Shown here: in pieces, positions 16,705 through 24,616 of the stretch
Layout of the letters: every line of letters starts with the position of its first letter
Position numbering within the stretch: position 1 is the stretch's first letter
From: a virus
Taxonomy: Duplodnaviria; Caudoviricetes
Length of the DNA stretch: 37,579 nt
Virus record (IMG/VR): IMGVR_UViG_3300044513_000293
Span: 1-37,579 of that record
Direction: 5' to 3' (one strand)
Notes under the pieces: model-generated
Database searches by the model: none
Told to the model about the DNA's origin: nothing
What the model saw: only the letters and a program-made list of their open reading frames with translations
Program-made: the position numbers and the translations under genes

Positions 16705-16866
16705 CTAGGAGGAAAGGATCGACCTGCAAATTCTCCTACAAGATTGTTGATCATCATCACATTCTGTAAGGCACTCAAAGTATTCATTAACTAACTCATC
16801 TTGATTTTCAGTCAGTTCATTAGTATGCCAAAAAGCAAGTTGATTAAATGAAATTAAATTGTGCAT
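16705..16866 (-). CDS. Small acidic protein with twin CX3C motif (53 aa)
   Basis: Start MHNLIS at 16866 after GGAGG; C-terminal CLTEC-DDDQQS-CRRIC. Confidence 0.8.
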   Translation of the reverse strand: MHNLISFNQLAFWHTNELTENQDELVNEYFECLTECDDDQQSCRRICRSILSS

Positions 16867-16867
16867 A

Positions 16868-16960
16868 ATATGTTCCTCCAAGGAAACAAAGAACATATGA
16901 CGAAGGGGAGGATTTTCGGGTCATTTTCGCCACCTCATAATTCTACTATATCTATGAGGT
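16868..16960 (-). promoter_or_regulatory. Structured leader of the CX3C gene
   Basis: Inverted repeats ACCTCATA/TATGAGGT (16932-16960), ATGAC/GTCAT (16897-16924) and ATATGTTC/GAACATAT (16868-16898); the last encloses the RBS. Confidence 0.5.
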
Positions 16961-16995
16961 TTTGTGAGAATTTCCTGACTTTTATGTCTTTTTTG

Positions 16996-17151
16996 TTACA
17001 CCACGATCCGTTTTGGTCTTTGGAGATTTGACTCACGTTCCTTTGCCTTCCTCATGTCATCATGAAGTCGCTCTAAGGCCTTGATTGTTTCGGGAGTTTC
17101 TTCCCACTCCCAACTGTTACCGTTGCTGTCGATATGAGTTTTTTTAGTCAC
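16996..17151 (-). CDS. Small hypothetical protein (51 aa; not in supplied ORF track)
   Basis: GGAGG-caac-GTG start; MTKKTHIDSNGNSWEWEETPETIKALERLHDDMRKAKERESNLQRPKRIVV. Confidence 0.7.
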   Translation of the reverse strand: MTKKTHIDSNGNSWEWEETPETIKALERLHDDMRKAKERESNLQRPKRIVV

Positions 17152-17461
17152 GTTGCCTCCAGTCATCACTACGATCTTGTTTAAACCAATCTACAATTTC
17201 ATCTGCAGATTCAAACCCCGTTCTATGGTTGGATGGGTCGGGGTCACCTAGTCCCATCCTATTCATAAAATCATCCATACCACCTTCCTGCATATCGGGG
17301 TTAGCCGCTTGGCGTCTAGCCCTTTTTAGCATTTCTCGGGCACTGGTATTTGCTTTACCAAGTTTTTCTGCCCAAATCATATCATCAAGTTTGACTTCTT
17401 CTCCTGCCGCAATACACTTACAAATCGATTCTAATCGTATCCTGTATTGAGTTGATAACAT
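17144..17461 (-). CDS. Hypothetical protein (105 aa)
   Basis: Fills the gap after gp46; preceded by TAAATA at 17488-17483. Confidence 0.8.
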   Translation of the reverse strand: MLSTQYRIRLESICKCIAAGEEVKLDDMIWAEKLGKANTSAREMLKRARRQAANPDMQEGGMDDFMNRMGLGDPDPSNHRTGFESADEIVDWFKQDRSDDWRQRD

Positions 17462-17485
17462 AACATGACTGTTCCATCGGACTAT

Positions 17486-19201
17486 TTATTCCTTGACTAG
17501 GCGAGAGAAAGATCCAACCTTTTCAAAAGCAATTTGTCCAGCAAACTTATCATGCAATTCACTATTGTGAGAGATAACGAAAACGTTAGCGTCTTTGATG
17601 GTATATCTAACGATCTTCAAAAACTCTTGAGTTCCGTTACTATCAAGGGATGAGTCAAAAACTTCATCCATGATAAGAAGATTTGTATTGACGCTATTAC
17701 GAACTTTAGCGACTTCCCTCCAGGTGAAGAGCAGAGCCAAGTCAATTCTCATTTTTTCTCCCTCAGAGAAGGAAGCATATGAGAACTTTTCATGAATCGG
17801 TGATTGAACCGTTTCGTTAAATTCTTCATCAAGATTAAAGTTGATGAAGAAGTCCATCATGCGGATGTACTTATTAACCTTTTGATTAATCAGAGGTAGA
17901 TACTTTTTAACAATTTGGCGTTTTACACCACCGTCCTTAAGGAGGGAGAATGCAAAGTCGTTGTATTGTAGATTGTTCTTTTCCTCTGATAGGTTTTCGT
18001 AACTAGAACTTAACTCTGCCTTGTACTTTTCTAGCTTGTCATACTCAGAATTTCTATTTTTGACCTGATCGGTAACTCTTTGAATTTCAGATTCCAGAGT
18101 TTTTCTGGATTTATCAAGTTGAGTAACCAAATTTGTGGTGTTAGAAATTTCATATGTTAGAGAAGTAGCCTCCTTTGAGAGTTCGACAAAACGGTTCTCT
18201 CTGGATTCTTCTTCTTGTATTTTGTTCTCAAGATCACTGAGACCCTCAACCAGCTGGTTTATAGAAGCATCGAGCTCCGCAATTCTATTTAACCGATTTT
18301 CTTCTTCGATTTCTTGAATGCAGGTAGGGCATACCGTATTTTCGTTAAAAAATGTATGATCCTTTACACAATTCTCTTTTTTAGTATCAATCTTTGCCTT
18401 CAAGTTTTGTAGTTTCCTGACACTCTTAGATGCATTAGAAACTTTTTCAATCTCAGCCGTTAAATCGCGAAGTTTGACTTTAAATGCACTTAGATTTTCC
18501 TCAAGATTATCACGTTCTTCTAGAATGTCTTTAATCTTTTGTTGTTTCTCTTCAATAATCTTCTGACCGTTTTTGGTAATCTCTTCAATCAGTTTTGATT
18601 GGAGTTCTACCTTATCAACCAAATTATTTTTCTTATTGTCAAGACTGATTACCTTTTCTCTTCCCTGACGGATACGATCCTTAATGATCATATTCATGGC
18701 CGAAAAGATCTTGATATCTAAAAGATCTTCAATAACTTCTCTACGATGAGAAGTTGAGAGTTGCATGAATGGAACAAATCCACTGCTACCAAGAATAACA
18801 ATCTGAGTGAAAGATTTGTAGTTTAACTTGAGAATATTTTGCTCCAGAAGTTTTTGATTTGTCCTGTCATCAGCCTCACGATGTAGTGGTTTGCCATTAA
18901 CAAGGACATCAAAGACGTTTGGTTTGATTCCACGCCTTACCAAATACTTCTTTTTACCAATCTTAAAGTTAACCTCAACAACGCAATCCTTTTCATTCTG
19001 ACTGTTTGCTAGTTGTGGTTTATTGATATTTCTGAATGGCTTGTTGAACAACCCAAAACATAGAGCATCCAACAAGGTAGACTTACCAGACCCATTCTTA
19101 CCAACAATGATGGTGTGTGGGTGCTCGTTTAAGTTTATCTCAGTCCAATAGTTGCCAGTAGAAAGAAAATTTTTCCAGCGAATTTTCTCAAACGTGATCA
19201 T
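17486..19201 (-). CDS. gp46: Recombination nuclease ATPase subunit (T4 gp46, Rad50/SbcC-like)
   Basis: GKNGSGKS, coiled coil with CPTC zinc hook, FSEGEK signature, MDEVFD, ISH. Confidence 0.97.
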   Translation of the reverse strand: MITFEKIRWKNFLSTGNYWTEINLNEHPHTIIVGKNGSGKSTLLDALCFGLFNKPFRNINKPQLANSQNEKDCVVEVNFKIGKKKYLVRRGIKPNVFDVLVNGKPLHREADDRTNQKLLEQNILKLNYKSFTQIVILGSSGFVPFMQLSTSHRREVIEDLLDIKIFSAMNMIIKDRIRQGREKVISLDNKKNNLVDKVELQSKLIEEITKNGQKIIEEKQQKIKDILEERDNLEENLSAFKVKLRDLTAEIEKVSNASKSVRKLQNLKAKIDTKKENCVKDHTFFNENTVCPTCIQEIEEENRLNRIAELDASINQLVEGLSDLENKIQEEESRENRFVELSKEATSLTYEISNTTNLVTQLDKSRKTLESEIQRVTDQVKNRNSEYDKLEKYKAELSSSYENLSEEKNNLQYNDFAFSLLKDGGVKRQIVKKYLPLINQKVNKYIRMMDFFINFNLDEEFNETVQSPIHEKFSYASFSEGEKMRIDLALLFTWREVAKVRNSVNTNLLIMDEVFDSSLDSNGTQEFLKIVRYTIKDANVFVISHNSELHDKFAGQIAFEKVGSFSRLVKE

Positions 19202-19204
19202 AAT

Positions 19205-19468
19205 CTAATCTTCGATTCTTGGAGGAATAACAATATCGCCAGGGGTTATCACACTATAGCGATACCCATTTTCAGCACAGGTTTTAACAGCTGTAGCAAA
19301 ATTAACTTCGATAACTCTTAAAGAAACATCTTCATTAGACTCTAACATCATAGCATATCTTTCAGCATCTTCATCCTCTTCAAAGAAGAATAACACTTTG
19401 TTACCGTCCTTATCAAGAACGGCATATGCGCCTTCGGAGTTTTTATCTCCATAAATCAAGATGTACAT
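19205..19468 (-). CDS. DUF3110-like small protein
   Basis: FFEEDEDAERYAMMLE and C-terminal VIPP resemble the recalled cyanobacterial DUF3110 motif. Confidence 0.6.
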   Translation of the reverse strand: MYILIYGDKNSEGAYAVLDKDGNKVLFFFEEDEDAERYAMMLESNEDVSLRVIEVNFATAVKTCAENGYRYSVITPGDIVIPPRIED

Positions 19469-20514
19469 TATTCAAATTCGCAAGATAGTGAGTAAACATC
19501 CGTAAGAATTTTTTTCAATTTACCCTTATCCATATCGAATTCGGGTTCACAGTCATCAACATATCGATTCAAAATTGAGATAGTATTCTCAGTCTCTTCG
19601 ACAGTAAACTCTTCAGACTCTTGTACATTATAGTTCTCCATGACCTTTAAGTCAGCAACTCCAGCCATGTACAACTTATCAATGAACTGTTCGAGTTTTA
19701 CATCGGAAGACTTTTCCTTAATGATCAACTTAACATGCTTATCCTTAAACGGAGTAGCGTTAAACATCTGTGGAGAGTCATCTCGATAATAAAGAATCTC
19801 AAACAAATTGTGTGGATTATTGATTTGTTCGACTTCTAAAGTTTCCGTGTCAATGATGTGAAACCCCCTAGGATCATCAACATCATTCCAGTAGATTTCA
19901 TAAGGATTGCCAAGATAATGAATATTATCTTTATGTCCCCTGTGGTGATAATGACCAGAGAAAACTTTCTTAAACCTCTCAAAAATTGATGGATCATCAC
20001 CGTGCTCCATCATGTAGTTTCTGTTTGGATAAAATCCAGATAACTCAAGGTGTCCAAAGACCACATCTGCTTTTGTTGTATTGACCATATCCATGGTCTT
20101 TTCTCTATTCTCATCATTGATCCAAGGAACCAACAATGATTTCATTGACCCAATTTTTATTTCAGTAGGGTCAGCATAACAGATGACGTTACTATACTCT
20201 CGTAAGAGTAATTTAACTGAGTTAAGGTCGTTAGTGTCTTTGTAGAAGGCAGTATGATTGCCAACAATCGTATGTACAGGTATTTTAAGGTCTCTAAGAA
20301 TATCGTAGTAATTATTCTTAGCCCAGTTGAGACTCCAAAAATCAATACCTTTGCGAGCATCGAAAGTATCGCCCATATCGATGACAGCATCAACCGACTC
20401 TCTTTTAAGAGTTGGGAAAAAGACTCGCTCATAAAACCTCTGAAAATGTCTGTGAAGGTTTTGGTTTCCTTTTCTCGCACCAAAATGTTGGTCAGTTATA
20501 ATAGCAACTTTCAT
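19468..20514 (-). CDS. gp47: Recombination nuclease subunit (T4 gp47, Mre11/SbcD-like)
   Basis: DQHFG, GDTFD, GNH, GHLE, SGHYH metallophosphoesterase motifs. Confidence 0.97.
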   Translation of the reverse strand: MKVAIITDQHFGARKGNQNLHRHFQRFYERVFFPTLKRESVDAVIDMGDTFDARKGIDFWSLNWAKNNYYDILRDLKIPVHTIVGNHTAFYKDTNDLNSVKLLLREYSNVICYADPTEIKIGSMKSLLVPWINDENREKTMDMVNTTKADVVFGHLELSGFYPNRNYMMEHGDDPSIFERFKKVFSGHYHHRGHKDNIHYLGNPYEIYWNDVDDPRGFHIIDTETLEVEQINNPHNLFEILYYRDDSPQMFNATPFKDKHVKLIIKEKSSDVKLEQFIDKLYMAGVADLKVMENYNVQESEEFTVEETENTISILNRYVDDCEPEFDMDKGKLKKILTDVYSLSCEFE

Positions 20515-20987
20515 CGAGAGAGTCTAGTTTGAATATTATCTTTAATGGTATTATAGTCTGAATGACTACCTGACAGCACATTATTGTCAACAACCATGAC
20601 TTCATCATAGCCGTTTCTCTCGATCATTTTATTCTTGATATCAAGTTGCTTCTTCTCTTTCTGAATGCGGCGCAAGAAAGCGAAGTGAATAATTTGAGTG
20701 AAGTATGCGAAAGGATTCTTTGATTTCTCTGGATCAAAGTTGTTAATATACTGAACGCAGTTCTCAACTCCATCAGAGATCATATCATCCCTGAACATAT
20801 AGTTGATGAAATTTGGTTTGTACGATAGGTGCGTGGCAATCTTTAGGAAACACTCACCCAAGTAATTTGAGATGATGGGTTTCGGTTCACCCAGTTCTTT
20901 AGCCTTAGCAACCTTACTCTTGTAGACGATTATTGCCTCAAGAAGTTCTTTATTATTGACGTAATGTTCAGATCTTTTCTTGGGCAC
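20511..20987 (-). CDS. gp55: Late transcription sigma factor (T4 gp55)
   Basis: HYVNNKE, DMISDG, NPFAYFTQI..AFLRRIQKEKKQ. GTG start after GGGAG. Confidence 0.96.
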   Translation of the reverse strand: MPKKRSEHYVNNKELLEAIIVYKSKVAKAKELGEPKPIISNYLGECFLKIATHLSYKPNFINYMFRDDMISDGVENCVQYINNFDPEKSKNPFAYFTQIIHFAFLRRIQKEKKQLDIKNKMIERNGYDEVMVVDNNVLSGSHSDYNTIKDNIQTRLSR

Positions 20988-21012
20988 TTATACTCTCCCT
21001 TATCTTGAGGAT

Positions 21013-21063
21013 ATTATAACATTAATTACAGGGCTTGACAAGGTGCTGTAATACCTGTACAAT
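21013..21063. promoter_or_regulatory. Bidirectional sigma70-type promoter pair sharing one -35 region
   Basis: Minus: TTGTCA (21041-21036)-N17-TATAAT (21018-21013), toward gp55. Plus: TTGACA (21035-21040)-N17-TACAAT (21058-21063), antisense to the uvsW operon. Confidence 0.8.
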
Positions 21064-21085
21064 AACCTTTGTGGAGGTTCAGAGA

Positions 21086-21520
21086 TCAATTAGAAGCTTC
21101 TTTAATGGCTGGAGGAAGTTTAAAGTCTTTCTCAAGTTTACCTCTAGCATCCGAAACTGTACCGAGCGATCCCATCTTGTTGGTGATCTCAGACTCAAAT
21201 GACCAGTCAGGTGACTTTAAGTTTGCAACTCTTTGCAAGAACTCATTGTAAGATTCGATCAGATCGTCATTTTCCAAAGGATTGATCTCAGTCATTGTGA
21301 TGACATTGGAAAGACGGATCATGTAAATATCATCTTCTGGAAGACTCATCCAGGGTTCAATCTTTGTTTGGACCATCAAACCTTTTGTGATGATCTTCAT
21401 CTTTACAGGATTTTGTAAGATAATAATTGGATCCTCTGGCTCCAGATCAATGTCGATTAGAGAGAAAATCTCTTCGCCAGAAACTAGTTTTAATACTGCA
21501 TAAAATTCTGTATCGTTCAT
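21086..21520 (-). CDS. Hypothetical protein, Sm-like beta-barrel family (paralogue 3) with helical tail
   Basis: LKLVSGEEIFS...LQNP...EPWMSLPED...VITMTE; translationally coupled to uvsW. Confidence 0.72.
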   Translation of the reverse strand: MNDTEFYAVLKLVSGEEIFSLIDIDLEPEDPIIILQNPVKMKIITKGLMVQTKIEPWMSLPEDDIYMIRLSNVITMTEINPLENDDLIESYNEFLQRVANLKSPDWSFESEITNKMGSLGTVSDARGKLEKDFKLPPAIKEASN

Positions 21521-22983
21521 TTATCCTTAAGGCTAATGTTTACGATGTCATAATTAAACTTCTCTTCGTTATAGATCTTGATCCTTTCTACCAAGTGATT
21601 AAGTGTATAATTTCTTTTCTTGGCGAAGGTGACATCATCAGCGATGTCATAAAGTGTTGCTCTTGTTTTGTTGTTTCCTTTTCTAAGAACTCTACCGATT
21701 GATTGAAGGTTTCTAACCCTAGATTTGGAAGGCGAAGCAAAAATTACGTTGTGTAGGTTTTTGATGTTAATACCAGTGGAGAATGTTCCATAAGAAGCCA
21801 CGATGATGGCATCTTTTTCCGATTCAGTAATTGTCCGTACTTGTTCTCTATCTTCTGTATCAACTCCACCGTGAATGAAAAACACCTTTCGATGTTCTTT
21901 CACTGAGGTATTTATTAATTCATAAAGTGGTTGTCCATGAGCCTCAACACGATTGAAAAGAATCAACGTATTTCCTTTGAGGTCAAGAGCTAAATTTTTG
22001 ATGAAGTTGTTTCTCTTTTCATGACCTATAATATATTGAACTTCATCTTCATAGGAATCAAACTGATGAGGAGTATGTTTGAGTAAAAGAATTTTGATAT
22101 CCAACTCTGCAAGATTCTTCTTCTCAATCAACTCACTAGTGTTGATAGTTTTATATGAAGGACCAAAGAGTCCTTCCAAAATCCATTTGTGGGTTTGTGA
22201 TCCATCGAGCGTTCCAGTAAAACCAAAACGATACTTACAGTCACATAACTTGGACATGATACTTATCAGTGACTTGCTCTTAAACAAGTGAGCCTCATCT
22301 CCAACAACAACTTCAAATCTTTCAAAGTAAGTTCTTGGAAGCTTGTAAATTGATTGCCAAGTTGTTATAATAACCTGTGCTTCAGATGTTCTTTCTCTGC
22401 CACCATATACTTTATGACAATTGGAACCAACCTCCCAACCATAGTCGGCAAAGTCTTTATACATCTGTTCAACCAAGGAAGTGGTTGGAACAACAATTAA
22501 AATATCTTTCTGGTGCTCAACAAAATATCTGACAATCGAATAGATCATCAGAGACTTTCCAGAAGCCGTGGGTGAAATTAATAATCTTCTATTGTGTCTC
22601 AATGCATCGTAAACGCCATCGACTTGATATTCTCTTGGCGTGTGAGAACAAATAGAATTCATATAGTCCTTAACACCCTCCTTTGAAATCATTTCATTGA
22701 CTTCAAACGGAGTGCCGTAGAACTTATTTTTTGTGAACTCGTATGTATATCCGTGGTCTTTGCAGAATCGAATTAGTTTATCTAACAGACCAACATATAT
22801 TTCTCCAGTCTGAATGTTGAACAAACGGATCTTACCATCCCACCATTTGTTTCTATACTGAGGCATATATTTAGCCCCAGGAACATCAAATGTAAACTGA
22901 TCTGATAGTTCGTAAAAAATATGAGGTTCCGCTTGAACGCGGAGATATACCTCATTCTTTTTTCCGATAACTAAGTGACTCAT
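21517..22983 (-). CDS. uvsW: SF2 helicase UvsW
   Basis: PTASGKS, DEAH, TGT, QSIGRVLR; likely start MSHLV at 22983. Confidence 0.96.
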   Translation of the reverse strand: MSHLVIGKKNEVYLRVQAEPHIFYELSDQFTFDVPGAKYMPQYRNKWWDGKIRLFNIQTGEIYVGLLDKLIRFCKDHGYTYEFTKNKFYGTPFEVNEMISKEGVKDYMNSICSHTPREYQVDGVYDALRHNRRLLISPTASGKSLMIYSIVRYFVEHQKDILIVVPTTSLVEQMYKDFADYGWEVGSNCHKVYGGRERTSEAQVIITTWQSIYKLPRTYFERFEVVVGDEAHLFKSKSLISIMSKLCDCKYRFGFTGTLDGSQTHKWILEGLFGPSYKTINTSELIEKKNLAELDIKILLLKHTPHQFDSYEDEVQYIIGHEKRNNFIKNLALDLKGNTLILFNRVEAHGQPLYELINTSVKEHRKVFFIHGGVDTEDREQVRTITESEKDAIIVASYGTFSTGINIKNLHNVIFASPSKSRVRNLQSIGRVLRKGNNKTRATLYDIADDVTFAKKRNYTLNHLVERIKIYNEEKFNYDIVNISLKDK

Positions 22984-22985
22984 TC

Positions 22986-23417
22986 TTACATTCCATTTTG
23001 AAATCTCATCCAATCAATAGCATTTTTGATAGCAAATCCTCTGTTGTTGAGTGATTTGATAATCTCTTCTAAGAATTTCAAAAGAGTATCATAATACTTG
23101 ATCTTAAGAGATATTTTTGACAACTGGTCATCAGCCTCAATATATCTGATGATTGCATCCTTTTCCCTTACTTTGTATGGGAATGGATCTTCTTCATATA
23201 CATCTGGATGTGCTTTACCAGTGTAATAATTCCAACGTTCTAATTTCTTTTTGTTGTATCCGTCCACAACTTTCTCTCGGAGAAGTGTGGTCGTATTGTA
23301 TATATCCCAATACTTACAGTGCAGCATTGGAGTTCTGAGGGCTTCGTTGGCAAGATCGTCTTTGTCTATCTCGCTATCCTTTTCCCACATTTTTTGAACT
23401 TCATCAAGACTCATCAT
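22986..23417 (-). CDS. uvsY: Recombination mediator UvsY
   Basis: Helical 143 aa; WNYYTGK, RGFAIKNAIDW; upstream of uvsW. Confidence 0.92.
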   Translation of the reverse strand: MMSLDEVQKMWEKDSEIDKDDLANEALRTPMLHCKYWDIYNTTTLLREKVVDGYNKKKLERWNYYTGKAHPDVYEEDPFPYKVREKDAIIRYIEADDQLSKISLKIKYYDTLLKFLEEIIKSLNNRGFAIKNAIDWMRFQNGM

Positions 23418-23434
23418 AAAGTAAAAAATCAGGG

Positions 23435-24028
23435 TTAATCTACAAAATCAGTCGTTAGTCTATTTCCAGACATATCGGTGATTGTATAGTAAGTATACTT
23501 GAAACTTACTGTTGCTGTAAAGTAGTCTGTGTCCGTTGATGTTGCGTCAAAGTCAAGACCTGTGAGTGAATATGGGAACAGATCTTTGAATCTCACCGTA
23601 TGCAACGGATTGAACATACTACTGAGTATGATTAGCGAACCGTCTGAGTACTGTTGGTTGTAATCTGGTTGAGCTTGATTTCTTCCGTATCGTGATACCT
23701 CATTTGGATCACTTACTAATTCTTCAAACTGATCACCCGATTCTGGGAAACCTAATCCCAATAACCAGTTATGGATAGACATGTAGTTTTCTAGATTCTC
23801 ATCTACTAGAAAAGTAATTGACAAGTCTCCATACTCTAATTTGTCACCAGGAACGGGAACATCTTTGAGATACGAGGGTTGATTTGCAATACCCAAACTT
23901 AATTCTGGCAGTCCAGCTTGCTGACAAAAGAATGCTACCTTAGGTGCCTTTGTCAGGGTAAATTTAAAACCAACTGGAGACAGAAAATTTCTGTTTGTGA
24001 TTTGTTGGGTAAAGGCCGATCTAGTCAC
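23435..24028 (-). CDS. gp3: Tail completion / tube terminator protein (T4 gp3)
   Basis: NFLSPVGFKF, PGDKLEY, FLVDENLENY, LFPYSL; between gp23 and uvsY; TAAATA at 24065-24060. Confidence 0.88.
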   Translation of the reverse strand: MTRSAFTQQITNRNFLSPVGFKFTLTKAPKVAFFCQQAGLPELSLGIANQPSYLKDVPVPGDKLEYGDLSITFLVDENLENYMSIHNWLLGLGFPESGDQFEELVSDPNEVSRYGRNQAQPDYNQQYSDGSLIILSSMFNPLHTVRFKDLFPYSLTGLDFDATSTDTDYFTATVSFKYTYYTITDMSGNRLTTDFVD

Positions 24029-24189
24029 GATCTATACTCTTGTAAGATGTCCAATACTTTATTTAGGGCGTCATGGGCACCGTCATGCCACTCACCATTT
24101 TTCCCAAACTGCAATCCACTGTAGAGTTCATCCTTGAGTTTCAAGACTCTACATTTGATCTCATCTTTGTTCACGTTATTTCTTGGCAT
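24025..24189 (-). CDS. Small hypothetical protein (54 aa)
   Basis: Likely start MPRNN at 24189; stop overlaps the gp3 GTG. Confidence 0.7.
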   Translation of the reverse strand: MPRNNVNKDEIKCRVLKLKDELYSGLQFGKNGEWHDGAHDALNKVLDILQEYRS

Positions 24190-24343
24190 AGTACCTATTG
24201 TAATCATACTTCATTGCGCTCAAAGCCCATGCCTGTGTCAGGCTCTTCGGACCTTCTTTCAACAACTGGATTTGAAATGCCGATAGACCAGCCTTCTTCT
24301 CCAAATACTCCTTCTTCCACGATTTCTGGTTTGGATTTTTCAT
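24176..24343 (-). CDS. Small hypothetical protein (55 aa), overlapping the upstream gene
   Basis: GGGAGG-aaa-ATG at 24343; SWKKEYL...LLKEGPKSLTQAW. Confidence 0.65.
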   Translation of the reverse strand: MKNPNQKSWKKEYLEKKAGLSAFQIQLLKEGPKSLTQAWALSAMKYDYNRYYAKK

Positions 24344-24554
24344 TTTCCTCCCATTGTTCCATAATTTCATTGACCTGCTTATCTATCGAGGTCATCTCCA
24401 TGTCAACTTTACCATGAACCCACATTACCCATAACCATTCGATTATGCCTAATGCCAGATGATTGAATGGGAATTTTTGTTTATTGGCCCACCTCTTACT
24501 TTTGGTGTACCAATTATCTTCCCCACCCCAATGATATTTGAATTTGTATTCCAT
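24204..24554 (-). CDS. Hypothetical Trp-rich protein (116 aa)
   Basis: ATG lies 6 nt after TAAATA (24566-24561), so possibly leaderless. Confidence 0.7.
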   Translation of the reverse strand: MEYKFKYHWGGEDNWYTKSKRWANKQKFPFNHLALGIIEWLWVMWVHGKVDMEMTSIDKQVNEIMEQWEENEKSKPEIVEEGVFGEEGWSIGISNPVVERRSEEPDTGMGFERNEV

Positions 24555-24572
24555 GCAGTCTATTTATTGCAT

Positions 24573-24597
24573 AAAAAAAGGGACCCGAAGGTCCCTT
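24573..24597 (-). terminator. Rho-independent terminator of gp23
   Basis: AAGGGACC-TTCG-GGTCCCTT with a C(UUCG)G tetraloop, followed by a T run. Confidence 0.93.
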
Positions 24598-24616
24598 GGA
24601 GTTTGTGTGAATTAAA

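Noticed and set aside
16705-16866. Calling the CX3C miniprotein CP12
   Set aside because: Cysteine spacing and C-terminus do not match the CP12 C-x8-C...Y(D/E) pattern.
21069-21251. Plus-strand 60 aa ORF downstream of the antisense promoter
   Set aside because: TTG start at about the predicted TSS with no RBS, and antisense to a real gene; more likely non-coding RNA, though not excluded.
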